Source: Eledone cirrhosa (taxonomy: Eukaryota). From it: a DNA stretch of 64,000 nt. Shown in pieces: positions 1 through 15,360 of the stretch. Made by a program: the position numbers and the translations under genes. Position 1 is the stretch's first letter, and every line of letters starts with the position of its first letter. The stretch covers positions 29,760,001 through 29,824,000 of the forward strand of contig OZ024740.1 in the NCBI GenBank assembly GCA_964016885.1, written 5' to 3'. Below the pieces are notes generated by a model. It did not search any database, was not told the origin of the DNA, and was given only the letters and a program-made list of their open reading frames with translations.

Positions 1-3000
1 TAGCTGTCGAGACACGGCATCCTTTAAAACCTCCATGGAACACTACCTGCATCAGTTGTTATCTGTCGGGACACTGCATCCTTTAACACTTTCATGGAAC
101 ATATTACCTGCCTCAGTTTTAGCTGTCGGGCAACTGCACGCTTTAAAACCTACATGGAACAAACTACCTGCATCAGTTGTTAGCTCTTGAGACACTGCAT
201 CCTTTAAAACCTACATGGAACAAACTACCTGCATCAGTTGTTAGCTCTCGAGACACTGCATCCTTTAAAACCTACATGGAACAAACTACCTGCATCAGTT
301 GTTAGCTGTCGAGACACTGCATCCTTTAAAACCTCCATGGAACACACTACCTGCATCAGTTGTTAGCTGTCGAGACACTGCATCCTTTAAAATTTACATC
401 GAAGAAACTACCTGTATCAGTTGTTAGCTGTCGAGACACTGCATCCTTTAAATCCCGATGGAACAAACTATCTCCCTCAATTGTTAGTTGTCGGGGCACT
501 GCATCCTTTAAAACTCCCATGGAACAAACTAGCTCCATCAATTGTTATCTGTCGGGACACTGCATCCTTTAAAACTTCCATGGACCAAACTACCCGCATC
601 AGTTGTTAACTGTCGAGACACTGCACCCTTTAAAACCTCCATGGAACAAACTACCAGCATCAGTTGTTAGCTGTCAAGACACTGCATCCTTTAAAACCCC
701 CATGGAACAAACTACCTGCATCAGTTGTTATCTGTTGGGACACTGCATCCTCTAAAACCTCCATGGAACAAACTACCTGCATCAGTTGTTAGCTGTCGGG
801 ATACTGCATCCTTAAACACATTCATGGAACAAATTACCTGCCTCAGTTGTTAGTTGTCGAGACACTGCATCCTTTAAATTTTCCGTGGAACAAACTACCT
901 GCATCAGATGTTAGCTGTCGAGACACTGCATTCGTTAAAACCCCATGGAACAAACTACCTGCATCAGTTGTTAGCTGTCGAGCCACTGCATCATTTAAAA
1001 CCTCCATGGAACAAACTCCCTCCATCAGTTGTTAGCTGTCGAGACACTGCATCCTTTAAATCCTACATGGAACAAACTATCTCCCTCAATTGTTAGTTGT
1101 CGGGGCACTGCATCCTTTAAAACTCCCATGGAACAAACTAGTTCCATCAATTGTTATCTGTCGGGACACTGCATCCTTTAAAACTTCCATGGACCAAACT
1201 ACCCGCATCAGTTGTTAACTGTCGAGACACTGCACCCTTTAAATCTTCCGTGGAACAAACTACCTGCATCAGATGTTAGCTGTCGAGACACTGCATTCGT
1301 TAAAACCCCATGGAACAAACTTCCTGCATCAGTTGTTAGCTGTCGGTACACTGCATCCTTTAAAACTTCCATGGAACAAACTACATGCATCAGTTGTTAG
1401 CTGTCGGTACACTGCATCCTTTAAAACTTCCATGGAACAAACTACCTGCATCAGTTGTTAGCAGTCGAGACACTGTATCCTTTAAAACCTCCATGGAACA
1501 AACTACATGCATCAGTTATTAGCTGTCGGGACACTGCATCCTTTAAAACTTCCATTGAACAAACTACCTGCATCAGTTGTTAGCTGTCGAGACACTGCAT
1601 CCTTTAAAACCTCCATGGAACAAACTACATGCATCAGTTGTTATCTGTCGGGAGACTGCATCATGTAAAACCTCCATGGAACAAACTACCTGCATCAGTT
1701 GTTAGCTGTCGAGACACTGCATCCTTTAAAACCCCATGGAAAAAACTACCTGCATCAGTTGTTAGCTGTCGAGACACTGCTTCATTTAAAACCTACATGA
1801 AACAAACTACCTGCATCAGTTGTTATCTGTCGGGACACTGCATCCTTAAACACTTTCATGGAACAAATTACCTGCCTCAGTTGTTAGTTGTCGGGGCACT
1901 GCACCCTTAAAAACTTCCATGGAACAAACTACTTCCATCAGTTGTTATCTGTCGGGACACTGCATCATGTAAAACCTCCATGGAAAAAACTACCTGCATC
2001 AGTTGTTAGCTGTCGAGACACTGCATCCTTTAAAACCTCCATGGAACAAACTACCTACATCAGTTGTTATCTGTCGGTACACTGAATACTTTAACACTTT
2101 CATGGAACAAATTACCTGCCTCTGTTTTAACTGTCGGGACTCTGCATGCTTTAAAACATCCTTGGAACAAACTACCTGCATCAGTTGTTAGCTGTCGAGA
2201 CACTGCATCCTTTAAAACCTCCATGGAACAAACTATTTTCATCAGTTGTTAACTGTCGAGACACTGCATCCTTTAACACTTTCATGGAACAAATTACCTG
2301 CCTCTGTTGTTAGTTGTCGAGACACTAAATACTTTAAATCTTCCATGGAACAAACTACCTGCATCAGTTGTTAGCTGTCGAGACACTGCATTCTTTAAAT
2401 CTTCCATGGAACAAACTACCTGCATCAGATGTTAGCTGTCGAGACAGTGCATCCTTTAAAACCCCATGGAACAAACTACATGCCTCAGTTGTTAGCTGTC
2501 AAGACACTGCATCCTTTAAAACCCCATGGAACAAACTACCTGCATCAGTTGTTAGCTGTCGGGGCACTGCATCCTTTAAAACTTCCATGGAACAAACTAC
2601 CTGCATCAGTTTTTAACTGTCGTGACACTGCATCCTTTAAACACTTCATGGAACAAATTACATGCATCAGTTGTTAGCTGTCGAGACACGGCATCCTTTA
2701 AAACCTACATGGAACAAACTACCTGCATCAGTTGTTAGCTGTCGAGACACTGCATCCTTTAAAACCTCCATGGAACACTACCTGCATCAGTTGTTAGCTG
2801 TCGGGGCACTCCATCCTTTAAAACTCCCATGGAACAAACTACCTACATCAGTTGTTAACTGTCGAGACACTGCATCCTTTAAACACTTCATGGAACAAAC
2901 TACATGCATCAGTTATTAGCTGTCGGGACACTGCATGTTTTAAAACTTCCATGGAACAAACTACCTGCATCAGTTGTTAGCTGTCGAGACACTGCATCCT

Positions 3001-6000
3001 ATAAAACCGCCATGGAACACTACCTGCATCAGTCGTTATCTGTCGGGACACTGCATCCTTTAACACTTTCATGGAACAAATTACCTGCCTCTGTTTTAGC
3101 TGTCGGGACTCTGCATGATTTAAAACATCCTTGGAACAAATTACCTGCATCAGATGTTAGCTGTTGAGACACTGCATCCTTTCAAACCTCCATGGAACAC
3201 ATTACCTGTCTCAGTTGTTAGCTGTCGAGATATTGCATTCTTTAAAAGCCCATGCAAAAAACTACCTGCATAAGTTGTTAGCTGTCGAGACACTGCATCC
3301 TTTAAAACTTCCAGGGAACAAACTACATGCATCAGTTATTAGCTGTCGGGACACTGCATGTTTTAAAACTTCCATGGAACAAACTACCTGCATAAGTTGT
3401 TAGCTGTCGAGACACGGCATCCTTTAAAACCTCCATGGAACACTACCTGCATCAGTTGTTATCTGTCGGGACACTCCATCCTTTAACACTTTCATGGAAC
3501 AAATTACCTGCCTCAGTTTTAGCTGTCGGGCAACTGCACGCTTTAAAACCTCCATGGAACAAACTACATGCATCAGTTGTTAGCTCTGGAGACACTGCAT
3601 CCTTTAAAACCTACATGGAACAAACTACCTGCATCAGTTGTTAGCTCTCGAGACACTGCATCCTTTAAAACCTACATGGAACAAACTACCTGCATCAGTT
3701 GTTAGCTCTCGAGACACTGCATCCTTTAAAACCTACATGGAACAAACTACCTGCATCAGTTGTTAGCTGTCGAGACACTGCATCCTTTAAAACCTCCATG
3801 GAACACACTACCTGCATCAGTTGTTAGCTGTCGAGACACTGCATCCTTTAAAACTTACATCGAAGAAACTACCTGTATCAGTTGTTAGCTGTCGAGACAC
3901 TGCATCCTTTAAAACCTCCATGGACCAAACTACCCGCATCAGTTGTTAACTGTCGAGAAACTGCACCCTTTAAAACCTCCATGGAACAAACTACCAACAT
4001 GAGTTGTTAGCTGTCAAGAGACTGCATCCTTTAAAACCCCCATGGAACGAACTACCTGTATCAGTTGTTATCTGTTGGGACACTGCATCCTCTAAAACCT
4101 CCAAGGAACAAACTACCTGCATCAGTTGTTATCTGTTGGGACACTGCATCCTTTAAAACCCCCATGGAACAAACTAACTGCATCAGTTGTTAGCTGTCGG
4201 GATACTGCATCCTTAAACACATTCATGGAACAAATTACCTGCCTCAGTTGTTAGTTGTCGAGACACTGCATCCTTTAAATCTTCCGTGGAACAAACTACC
4301 TGCATCAGATGTTAGCTGTCGAGACACTGCATTCGTTAAAACCCCATGGAACAAACTACCTGCATCAGTTGTTAGCTCTCGGTACACTGCATCCTTTAAA
4401 ACTTCCATGGAACAAACTACATACATCAGTTGTTAGCTGTCGGTACACTGCATCCTTTAAAACTTCCATGGAACAAACTACCTGCATCAGTTGTTAGCAG
4501 TCGAGACACTGTATCCTTTAAAACCTCCATGGAACAAACTACATGCATCAGTTATTAGCTGTCGGGACACTGCATCCTTTAAAACTTCCATGGAACAAAC
4601 TACCTGCATCAGTTGTTAGCTGTCGAGACACTGCATCCTTTAAAACCTTCATGGAACAAACTACATGCATCAGTTATTAGCTGTCGGGACACTGCATCCT
4701 TTAAAACTTCCATGGAACAAACTACCTGCATCAGTTGTTAACTGTCGAGACACTGCATCCTTTAACACTTTCATGGAACAAATTACCTGCCTCTGTTGTT
4801 AGTTGTCGAGACACTACATACTTTAAATCTTCCATGGAACAAACTACCTGCATCAGTTGTTAGCTGTCGAGACACTGCACCCTTTAAATCTTCCGTGGAA
4901 CAAACTACCTGCATCAGATGTTAGCTGTCGAGACACTGCATTCGTTAAAACCCCATGGAACAAACTTCCTGCATCAGTTGTTAGCTGTCGGTACACTGCA
5001 TCCTTTAAAACTTCCATGGAACAAACTACATGCATCAGTTGTTAGCTGTCGGTACACTGCATCCTTTAAACTTCCATGGAACAAACTACCTGCATCAGTT
5101 GTTAGCAGTCGAGACACTGTATCCTTTAAAACCTCCATGGAACAAACTACATGCATCAGTTATTAGCTGTCGGGACACTGCATCCTTTAAAACTTCCATG
5201 GAACAAACTACCTGCATCAGTTGTTAGCTGTCGAGACACTGCATCCTTTAAAACCTCCATGGAACAAATTACATGCATCAGTTGTTATCTGTCGGGACAC
5301 TGCATCATGTAAAACCTCCATGGAACAAACTACCTGCATCAGTTGTTAGCTGTCGAGACACTGCTTCATTTAAAACCTACATGGAACAAACTACCTGCAT
5401 CAGTTGTTATCTGTCGGGACACTGCATCCTTAAACACTTTCATGGAACAAATTACCTGCCTCAGTTGTTAGTTGTCGGGGCACTGCACCCTTAAAAACTT
5501 CCATGGAACAAACTACTTCCATCAGTTGTTATCTGTCGGGACACTGCATCATGTAAAACCTCCATGGAACAAACTACCTGCATCAGTTGTTAGCTGTCGA
5601 GACACTGCATCCTTTAAAACCTCCATGGAACAAACTACATGCATCAGTTGTTATCTGTCGTGACACTGCATCCTATAAAACCTACATGGAACAAACTACC
5701 TGCATCAGTTGTTATCTGTCGGTACACTGAATACTTTAACACTTTCATGGAACAAATTACCTGCCTCTGTTTTAACTGTCGGGACTCTGCATGCTTTAAA
5801 ACATCCTTGGAACAAACTACCTGCATCAGTTGTTAGCTGTCGAGACACTGCATCCTTTAAAACCTCCATGGAACAAACTATTTTCATCAGTTGTTAACTG
5901 TCGAGACACTGCATCCTTTAACACTTTCATGGAACAAATTACCTGCCTCTGTTGTTAGTTGTCGAGACACTAAATACTTTAAATCTTCCATGGAACAAAC

Positions 6001-9000
6001 TACCTGCATCAGTTGTTAGCTGTCGAGACACTGCATTCTTTAAATCTTCCATGGAACAAACTACCTGCATCAGATGTTAGCTGTCGAGACACTGCATCCT
6101 TTAAAACCTCCATGGAACACTACCTGCATCAGTTGTTAGCTGTCGGGGCACTGCATCCTTTAAAACTTCCATGGAACAAACTACCTACATCAGTTGTTAA
6201 CTGTCGAGACACTGCATCCTTTAAACACTTCATGGAACAAACTACATGCATCAGTTATTAGCTGTCGAGACACGGCATCCTTTAAAACCTACATGGAACA
6301 AACTACCTGCATCAGTTGTTAGCTGTCGAGACACTGCATCCTTTAAAACCTCCATGGAACACTACCTGCATCAGTTGTTAGCTGTCGGGGCACTGCATCC
6401 TTTAAAACTTCCATGGAACAAACTACCTACATCAGTTGTTAACTGTCGAGACACTGCATCCTTTAAACACTTCATGGAACAAACTACATGCATCAGTTAT
6501 TAGCTGTCGGGACACTGCATGTTTTAAAACTTCCATGGAACAAACTACCTGCATCAATTGTTAGCTGTCGAGACACTGCATCCTATAAAACCTCCATGGA
6601 ACACTACCTGCATCAGTCGTTATCTGTCGGGACACTGCATCCTTTAACACTTTCATGGAACAAATTACCAGCCTCTGTTTTAGCTGTCGGGACTCTGCAT
6701 GATTTAAAACATCCTTGGAACAAATTACCTGCATCAGATGTTAGCTGTTGAGACACTGCATCCTTTCAAACCTCCATGGAACACAGTACCTGTCTCAGTT
6801 GTTAGCTGTCGAGATATTGCATTCTTTAAAAGCCCATGCAAAAAACTACCTGCATAAGTTGTTAGCTGTCGAGACACTGCATCCTTTAAAACTTCCATGG
6901 AACAAACTACATGCATCAGTTATTAGCTGTCGGGACACTGCATGTTTTAAAACTTCCATGGAACAAACTACCTGCATCAGTTGTTAGCTGTCGAGACACG
7001 GCATCCTTTAAAACCTCCATGGAACACTACCTGCATCAGTTGTTATCTGTCGGGACACTGCATCCTTTAACACTTTCATGGAACAAATTACCTGCCTCAG
7101 TTTTAGCTGTCGGGCAACTGCACGCTTTAAAACCTACATGGAACAAACTACCTGCATCAGTTGTTAGCTCTTGAGACACTGCATCCTTTAAAACCTACAT
7201 GGAACAAACTACCTGCATCAGTTGTTAGCTCTCGAGACACTGCATCCTTTAAAACCTACATGGAACAAACTACCTGCATCAGTTGTTAGCTGTCGAGACA
7301 CTGCATCCTTTAAAACCTCCATGGAACACACTACCTGCATCAGTTGTTAGCTGTCGAGACACTGCATCCTTTAAAATTTACATCGAAGAAACTACCTGTA
7401 TCAGTTGTTAGCTGTCGAGACACTGCATCCTTTAAATCCCGATGGAACAAACTATCTCCCTCAATTGTTAGTTGTCGGGGCACTGCATCCTTTAAAACTC
7501 CCATGGAACAAACTAGCTCCATCAATTGTTATCTGTCGGGACACTGCATCCTTTAAAACTTCCATGGACCAAACTACCCGCATCAGTTGTTAACTGTCGA
7601 GACACTGCACCCTTTAAAACCTCCATGGAACAAACTACCAGCATCAGTTGTTAGCTGTCAAGACACTGCATCCTTTAAAACCCCCATGGAACAAACTACC
7701 TGCATCAGTTGTTATCTGTTGGGACACTGCATCCTCTAAAACCTCCATGGAACAAACTACCTGCATCAGTTGTTAGCTGTCGGGATACTGCATCCTTAAA
7801 CACATTCATGGAACAAATTACCTGCCTCAGTTGTTAGTTGTCGAGACACTGCATCCTTTAAATTTTCCGTGGAACAAACTACCTGCATCAGATGTTAGCT
7901 GTCGAGACACTGCATTCGTTAAAACCCCATGGAACAAACTACCTGCATCAGTTGTTAGCTGTCGAGCCACTGCATCATTTAAAACCTCCATGGAACAAAC
8001 TCCCTCCATCAGTTGTTAGCTGTCGAGACACTGCATCCTTTAAATCCTACATGGAACAAACTATCTCCCTCAATTGTTAGTTGTCGGGGCACTGCATCCT
8101 TTAAAACTCCCATGGAACAAACTAGTTCCATCAATTGTTATCTGTCGGGACACTGCATCCTTTAAAACTTCCATGGACCAAACTACCCGCATCAGTTGTT
8201 AACTGTCGAGACACTGCACCCTTTAAATCTTCCGTGGAACAAACTACCTGCATCAGATGTTAGCTGTCGAGACACTGCATTCGTTAAAACCCCATGGAAC
8301 AAACTTCCTGCATCAGTTGTTAGCTGTCGGTACACTGCATCCTTTAAAACTTCCATGGAACAAACTACATGCATCAGTTGTTAGCTGTCGGTACACTGCA
8401 TCCTTTAAAACTTCCATGGAACAAACTACCTGCATCAGTTGTTAGCAGTCGAGACACTGTATCCTTTAAAACCTCCATGGAACAAACTACATGCATCAGT
8501 TATTAGCTGTCGGGACACTGCATCCTTTAAAACTTCCATTGAACAAACTACCTGCATCAGTTGTTAGCTGTCGAGACACTGCATCCTTTAAAACCTCCAT
8601 GGAACAAACTACATGCATCAGTTGTTATCTGTCGGGAGACTGCATCATGTAAAACCTCCATGGAACAAACTACCTGCATCAGTTGTTAGCTGTCGAGACA
8701 CTGCATCCTTTAAAACCCCATGGAAAAAACTACCTGCATCAGTTGTTAGCTGTCGAGACACTGCTTCATTTAAAACCTACATGGAACAAACTACCTGCAT
8801 CAGTTGTTATCTGTCGGGACACTGCATCCTTAAACACTTTCATGGAACAAATTACCTGCCTCAGTTGTTAGTTGTCGGGGCACTGCACCCTTAAAAACTT
8901 CCATGGAACAAACTACTTCCATCAGTTGTTATCTGTCGGGACACTGCATCATGTAAAACCTCCATGGAAAAAACTACCTGCATCAGTTGTTAGCTGTCGA

Positions 9001-11862
9001 GACACTGCATCCTTTAAAACCTCCATGGAACAAACTACCTACATCAGTTGTTATCTGTCGGTACACTGAATACTTTAACACTTTCATGGAACAAATTACC
9101 TGCCTCTGTTTTAACTGTCGGGACTCTGCATGCTTTAAAACATCCTTGGAACAAACTACCTGCATCAGTTGTTAGCTGTCGAGACACTGCATCCTTTAAA
9201 ACCTCCATGGAACAAACTATTTTCATCAGTTGTTAACTGTCGAGACACTGCATCCTTTAACACTTTCATGGAACAAATTACCTGCCTCTGTTGTTAGTTG
9301 TCGAGACACTAAATACTTTAAGTCTTCCATGGAACAAACTACCTGCATCAGTTGTTAGCTGTCGAGACACTGCATTCTTTAAATCTTCCATGGAACAAAC
9401 TACCTGCATCAGATGTTAGCTGTCGAGACAGTGCATCCTTTAAAACCCCATGGAACAAACTACATGCCTCAGTTGTTAGCTGTCAAGACACTGCATCCTT
9501 TAAAACCCCATGGAACAAACTACCTGCATCAGTTGTTAGCTGTCGGGGCACTGCATCCTTTAAAACTTCCATGGAACAAACTACCTGCATCAGTTTTTAA
9601 CTGTCGTGACACTGCATCCTTTAAACACTTCATGGAACAAATTACATGCATCAGTTGTTAGCTGTCGAGACACGGCATCCTTTAAAACCTACATGGAACA
9701 AACTACCTGCATCAGTTGTTAGCTGTCGAGACACTGCATCCTTTAAAACCTCCATGGAACACTACCTGCATCAGTTGTTAGCTGTCGGGGCACTCCATCC
9801 TTTAAAACTCCCATGGAACAAACTACCTACATCAGTTGTTAACTGTCGAGACACTGCATCCTTTAAACACTTCATGGAACAAACTACATGCATCAGTTAT
9901 TAGCTGTCGGGACACTGCATGTTTTAAAACTTCCATGGAACAAACTACCTGCATCAGTTGTTAGCTGTCGAGACACTGCATCCTATAAAACCGCCATGGA
10001 ACACTACCTGCATCAGTCGTTATCTGTCGGGACACTGCATCCTTTAACACTTTCATGGAACAAATTACCTGCCTCTGTTTTAGCTGTCGGGACTCTGCAT
10101 GATTTAAAACATCCTTGGAACAAATTACCTGCATCAGATGTTAGCTGTTGAGACACTGCATCCTTTCAAACCTCCATGGAACACATTACCTGTCTCAGTT
10201 GTTAGCTGTCGAGATATTGCATTCTTTAAAAGCCCATGCAAAAAACTACCTGCATAAGTTGTTAGCTGTCGAGACACTGCATCCTTTAAAACTTCCATGG
10301 AACAAACTACATGCATCAGTTATTAGCTGTCGGGACACTGCATGTTTTAAAACTTCCATGGAACAAACTACCTGCATAAGTTGTTAGCTGTCGAGACACG
10401 GCATCCTTTAAAACCTCCATGGAACACTACCTGCATCAGTTGTTATCTGTCGGGACACTCCATCCTTTAACACTTTCATGGAACAAATTACCTGCCTCAG
10501 TTTTAGCTGTCGGGCAACTGCACGCTTTAAAACCTCCATGGAACAAACTACATGCATCAGTTGTTAGCTCTGGAGACACTGCATCCTTTAAAACCTACAT
10601 GGAACAAACTACCTGCATCAGTTGTTAGCTCTCGAGACACTGCATCCTTTAAAACCTACATGGAACAAACTACCTGCATCAGTTGTTAGCTCTCGAGACA
10701 CTGCATCCTTTAAAACCTACATGGAACAAACTACCTGCATCAGTTGTTAGCTGTCGAGACACTGCATCCTTTAAAACCTCCATGGAACACACTACCTGCA
10801 TCAGTTGTTAGCTGTCGAGACACTGCATCCTTTAAAACTTACATCGAAGAAACTACCTGTATCAGTTGTTAGCTGTCGAGACACTGCATCCTTTAAAACC
10901 TCCATGGACCAAACTACCCGCATCAGTTGTTAACTGTCGAGAAACTGCACCCTTTAAAACCTCCATGGAACAAACTACCAACATGAGTTGTTAGCTGTCA
11001 AGAGACTGCATCCTTTAAAACCCCCATGGAACGAACTACCTGTATCAGTTGTTATCTGTTGGGACACTGCATCCTCTAAAACCTCCAAGGAACAAACTAC
11101 CTGCATCAGTTGTTATCTGTTGGGACACTGCATCCTTTAAAACCCCCATGGAACAAACTAACTGCATCAGTTGTTAGCTGTCGGGATACTGCATCCTTAA
11201 ACACATTCATGGAACAAATTACCTGCCTCAGTTGTTAGTTGTCGAGACACTGCATCCTTTAAATCTTCCGTGGAACAAACTACCTGCATCAGATGTTAGC
11301 TGTCGAGACACTGCATTCGTTAAAACCCCATGGAACAAACTACCTGCATCAGTTGTTAGCTCTCGGTACACTGCATCCTTTAAAACTTCCATGGAACAAA
11401 CTACATACATCAGTTGTTAGCTGTCGGTACACTGCATCCTTTAAAACTTCCATGGAACAAACTACCTGCATCAGTTGTTAGCAGTCGAGACACTGTATCC
11501 TTTAAAACCTCCATGGAACAAACTACATGCATCAGTTATTAGCTGTCGGGACACTGCATCCTTTAAAACTTCCATGGAACAAACTACCTGCATCAGTTGT
11601 TAGCTGTCGAGACACTGCATCCTTTAAAACCTTCATGGAACAAACTACATGCATCAGTTATTAGCTGTCGGGACACTGCATCCTTTAAAACTTCCATGGA
11701 ACAAACTACCTGCATCAGTTGTTAACTGTCGAGACACTGCATCCTTTAACACTTTCATGGAACAAATTACCTGCCTCTGTTGTTAGTTGTCGAGACACTA
11801 CATACTTTAAATCTTCCATGGAACAAACTACCTGCATCAGTTGTTAGCTGTCGAGACACTGC
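1..11862. repeat. 6984-bp higher-order duplication in the 61-bp satellite (1-~4878 recurs at 6985-~11862)
   Basis: Identical ORF translations recur at a constant 6984 offset (356/7340, 843/7827, 1999/8983, 4244/11228). Position 1 matches 6985. I noticed only a handful of substitutions (near 102, 1800, 3314, 9322). Confidence 0.93.
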
Positions 11863-14065
11863 ATTCTTTAAATCTTCCATGGAACAAACTACCTGCATCA
11901 GATGTTAGCTGTCGAGACAGTGCATCCTTTAAAACCCCATGGAACAAACTACATGCCTCAGTTGTTAGCTGTCAAGACACTGCATCCTTTAAAACCCCAT
12001 GGAACAAACTACCTGCATCAGTTGTTAGCTGTCGGGGCACGGCATCCTTTAAAACCTACATGGAACAAACTACCTGCATCAGTTGTTAGCTGTCGAGACA
12101 CTGCATCCTTTAAAACTTCCATGGAACACTACCTACATCAGTTGTTAGCTGTCGGGGCACTGCATCCTTTAAAACTTCCATGGAACAAACTACCTGCATC
12201 GGTTGTTAACTGTCGAGACACTGCATCCTTTAAACACTTCATGGAACAAACTACATGCATCAGTTATTAGCTGTCGGGACACTGCATGTTTTAAAACTTC
12301 CATGGAACAAACTACCTGCATCAGTTGTTAGCTGTCGAGACACTGCATCCTTTAAAACCTCCATGGAACAAACTACCTGCATCAGTTGTTAGCTCTCGAG
12401 ACACTGCATCCTTTAAAACCTACATGGAACAAACTACCTGCATCAGTTGTTAGCTGTCGAGACACTGCATCCTTTAAAACCTCCATGGAACACACTACCT
12501 GCATCAGTTGTTAGCTGTCGAGACACTGCATCCTTTAAAACTTACATCGAAGAAACTACCTGTATCAGTTGTTAGCTGTCGAGACACTGCATCCTTTAAA
12601 ACCTCCATGGACCAAACTACCCGCATCAGTTGTTAACTGTCGAGAAACTGCACCCTTTAAAACCTCCATGGAACAAACTACCAACATGAGTTGTTAGCTG
12701 TCAAGAGACTGCATCCTTTAAAACCCCCATGGAACGAACTACCTGTATCAGTTGTTATCTGTTGGGACACTGCATCCTCTAAAACCTCCAAGGAACAAAC
12801 TACCTGCATCAGTTGTTATCTGTTGGGACACTGCATCCTTTAAAACCCCCATGGAACAAACTAACTGCATCAGTTGTTAGCTGTCGGGATACTGCATCCT
12901 TAAACACATTCATGGAACAAATTACCTGCCTCAGTTGTTAGTTGTCGAGACACTGCATCCTTTAAATCTTCCGTGGAACAAACTACCTGCATCAGATGTT
13001 AGCTGTCGAGACACTGCATTCGTTAAAACCCCATGGAACAAACTACCTGCATCAGTTGTTAGCTCTCGGTACACTGCATCCTTTAAAACTTCCATGGAAC
13101 AAACTACATACATCAGTTATTAGCTGTCGGTACACTGCATCCTTTAAAACTTCCATGGAACAAACTACCTGCATCAGTTGTTAGCAGTCGAGACACTGTA
13201 TCCTTTAAAACCTCCATGGAACAAACTACATGCATCAGTTATTAGCTGTCGGGACACTGCATCCTTTAAAACTTCCATGGAACAAACTACCTGCATCAGT
13301 TGTTAGCTGTCGAGACACTGCATCCTTTAAAACCTTCATGGAACAAACTACATGCATCAGTTATTAGCTGTCGGGACACTGCATCCTTTAAAACTTCCAT
13401 GGAACAAACTACCTGCATCAGTTGTTAACTGTCGAGACACTGCATCCTTTAACACTTTCATGGAACAAATTACCTGCCTCTGTTGTTAGTTGTCGAGACA
13501 CTACATACTTTAAATCTTCCATGGAACAAACTACCTGCATCAGTTGTTAGCTGTCGAGACACTGCATTCTTTAAATCTTTCATGGAACAAACTACCTGCA
13601 TCAGATGTTAGCTGTCGAGACAGTGCATCCTTTAAAACCCCATGGAACAAACTACATGCCTCAGTTGTTAGCTGTCAAGACACTGCATCCTTTAAAACCC
13701 CATGGAACAAACTACCTGCATCAGTTGTTAGCTGTCGGGGCACGGCATCCTTTAAAACCTACATGGAACAAACTACCTGCATCAGTTGTTAGCTGTCGAG
13801 ACACTGCATCCTTTAAAACTTCCATGGAACACTACCTACATCAGTTGTTAGCTGTCGGGGCACTGCATCCTTTAAAACTTCCATGGAACAAACTACCTGC
13901 ATCGGTTGTTAACTGTCGAGACACTGCATCCTTTAAACACTTCATGGAACAAACTACATGCATCAGTTATTAGCTGTCGGGACACTGCATGTTTTAAAAC
14001 TTCCATGGAACAAACTACCTGCATCAGTTGTTAGCTGTCGAGACACTGCATCCTTTAAAACCTCC
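10660..14065. repeat. Tandem duplication of a 1703-bp (~28-monomer) block
   Basis: ORF pairs 11228/12931, 11841/13544 and 11902/13605 are all offset by 1703. Rare variants (CCAACATGAG, GGAACGAACT, GCATCGGTT) recur at this spacing. Boundaries are approximate. Confidence 0.9.
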
Positions 14066-15360
14066 ATGGAACACTACCTGCATCAGTTGTTATCTGTCGG
14101 GACACTGCATCCTTTAACACTTTCATGGAACAAATTACCTGCCTCTGTTTTAGCTGTCGGGACTCTGCATGATTTAAAACATCCTTGGAACAAATTACCT
14201 GCATCAGATGTTAGCTGTTGAGACACTGCATCCTTTCAAACCTCCATGGAACACACTACCTGTCTCAGTTGTTAGCTGTCGAGATATTGCATTCTTTAAA
14301 AGCCCATGCAAAATACTACCTGCATAAGTTGTTAGCTCTCGAGACACTGCATCCTTTAAAACCTACATGGAACAAACTACCTGCATCAGTTGTTAGCTCT
14401 CGAGACACTGCATCCTTTAAAACCTACATGGAACAAACTACCTGCATCAGTTGTTAGCTGTCGAGACACTGCATCCTTTAAAACCTCCATGGAACACACT
14501 ACCTGCATCAGTTGTTAGCTGTCGGGACACTGCATGGTTTAAAACTTCCATGGAACAAACTACCTGCATCAGTTGTTAGCTGTCGGGACACTGCATCCTT
14601 GAACACTTTCATGGAACAAATTACCGGCCTCAGCTTTAGCTGTCGGGACACTGCATGCTTTAAAACATCCTTGGTACAACTTACTTGCATCAGGTGTTAG
14701 TTGTCGAGACACTGCATCCTTTAAAACTTCCATGGAACAAACTCCATCAGTTGTTATCTGTCGTGACACAGCATCCTTTAAAACCTACATGGAACAAACT
14801 ACCTGCATCAGTTGTTATCTGTCGGTACATTGCATCCTTTAACACTTTCTTGGAACAAATTACCTGCATCAGTTGTTAGCTGTCGAGACACTGCATCCTT
14901 TAAATCTTCCATGGAACAAACTACCTGCATCAGTTGTTAGCTCTCGAGACACTGCATCCTTTAAAACCTACATGGAACAAATTACCTGCATCAGTTGTTA
15001 GCTGTCGAGAGACTGCATCCTTTAAAACCTCCATGGAAAAAACTACCTGCATCAGTTGTTAGCGGTCGGGACATTGCATCCTTAAACACTTTCATGGAAC
15101 AAATTGCCTGCCTCTGTTGTTAGTTGTCGAGACACTACATCCTTTAAATCTTCCATGGAACAAACTACCTGCATCAGTTGTTAGCTGTCGAGACACTGCA
15201 TTCTTTAAATCTTCCATGGAACAAACTACCTGCATCAGATGTTAGCTGTCGAGACAGTGCATCCTTTAAAACCCCATGGAACAAACTACATGCCTCAGTT
15301 GTTAGCTGTTCGGACACTGAATGCCTTAAAACTTCCAAGGAACAAACTACCTGCATCAAT

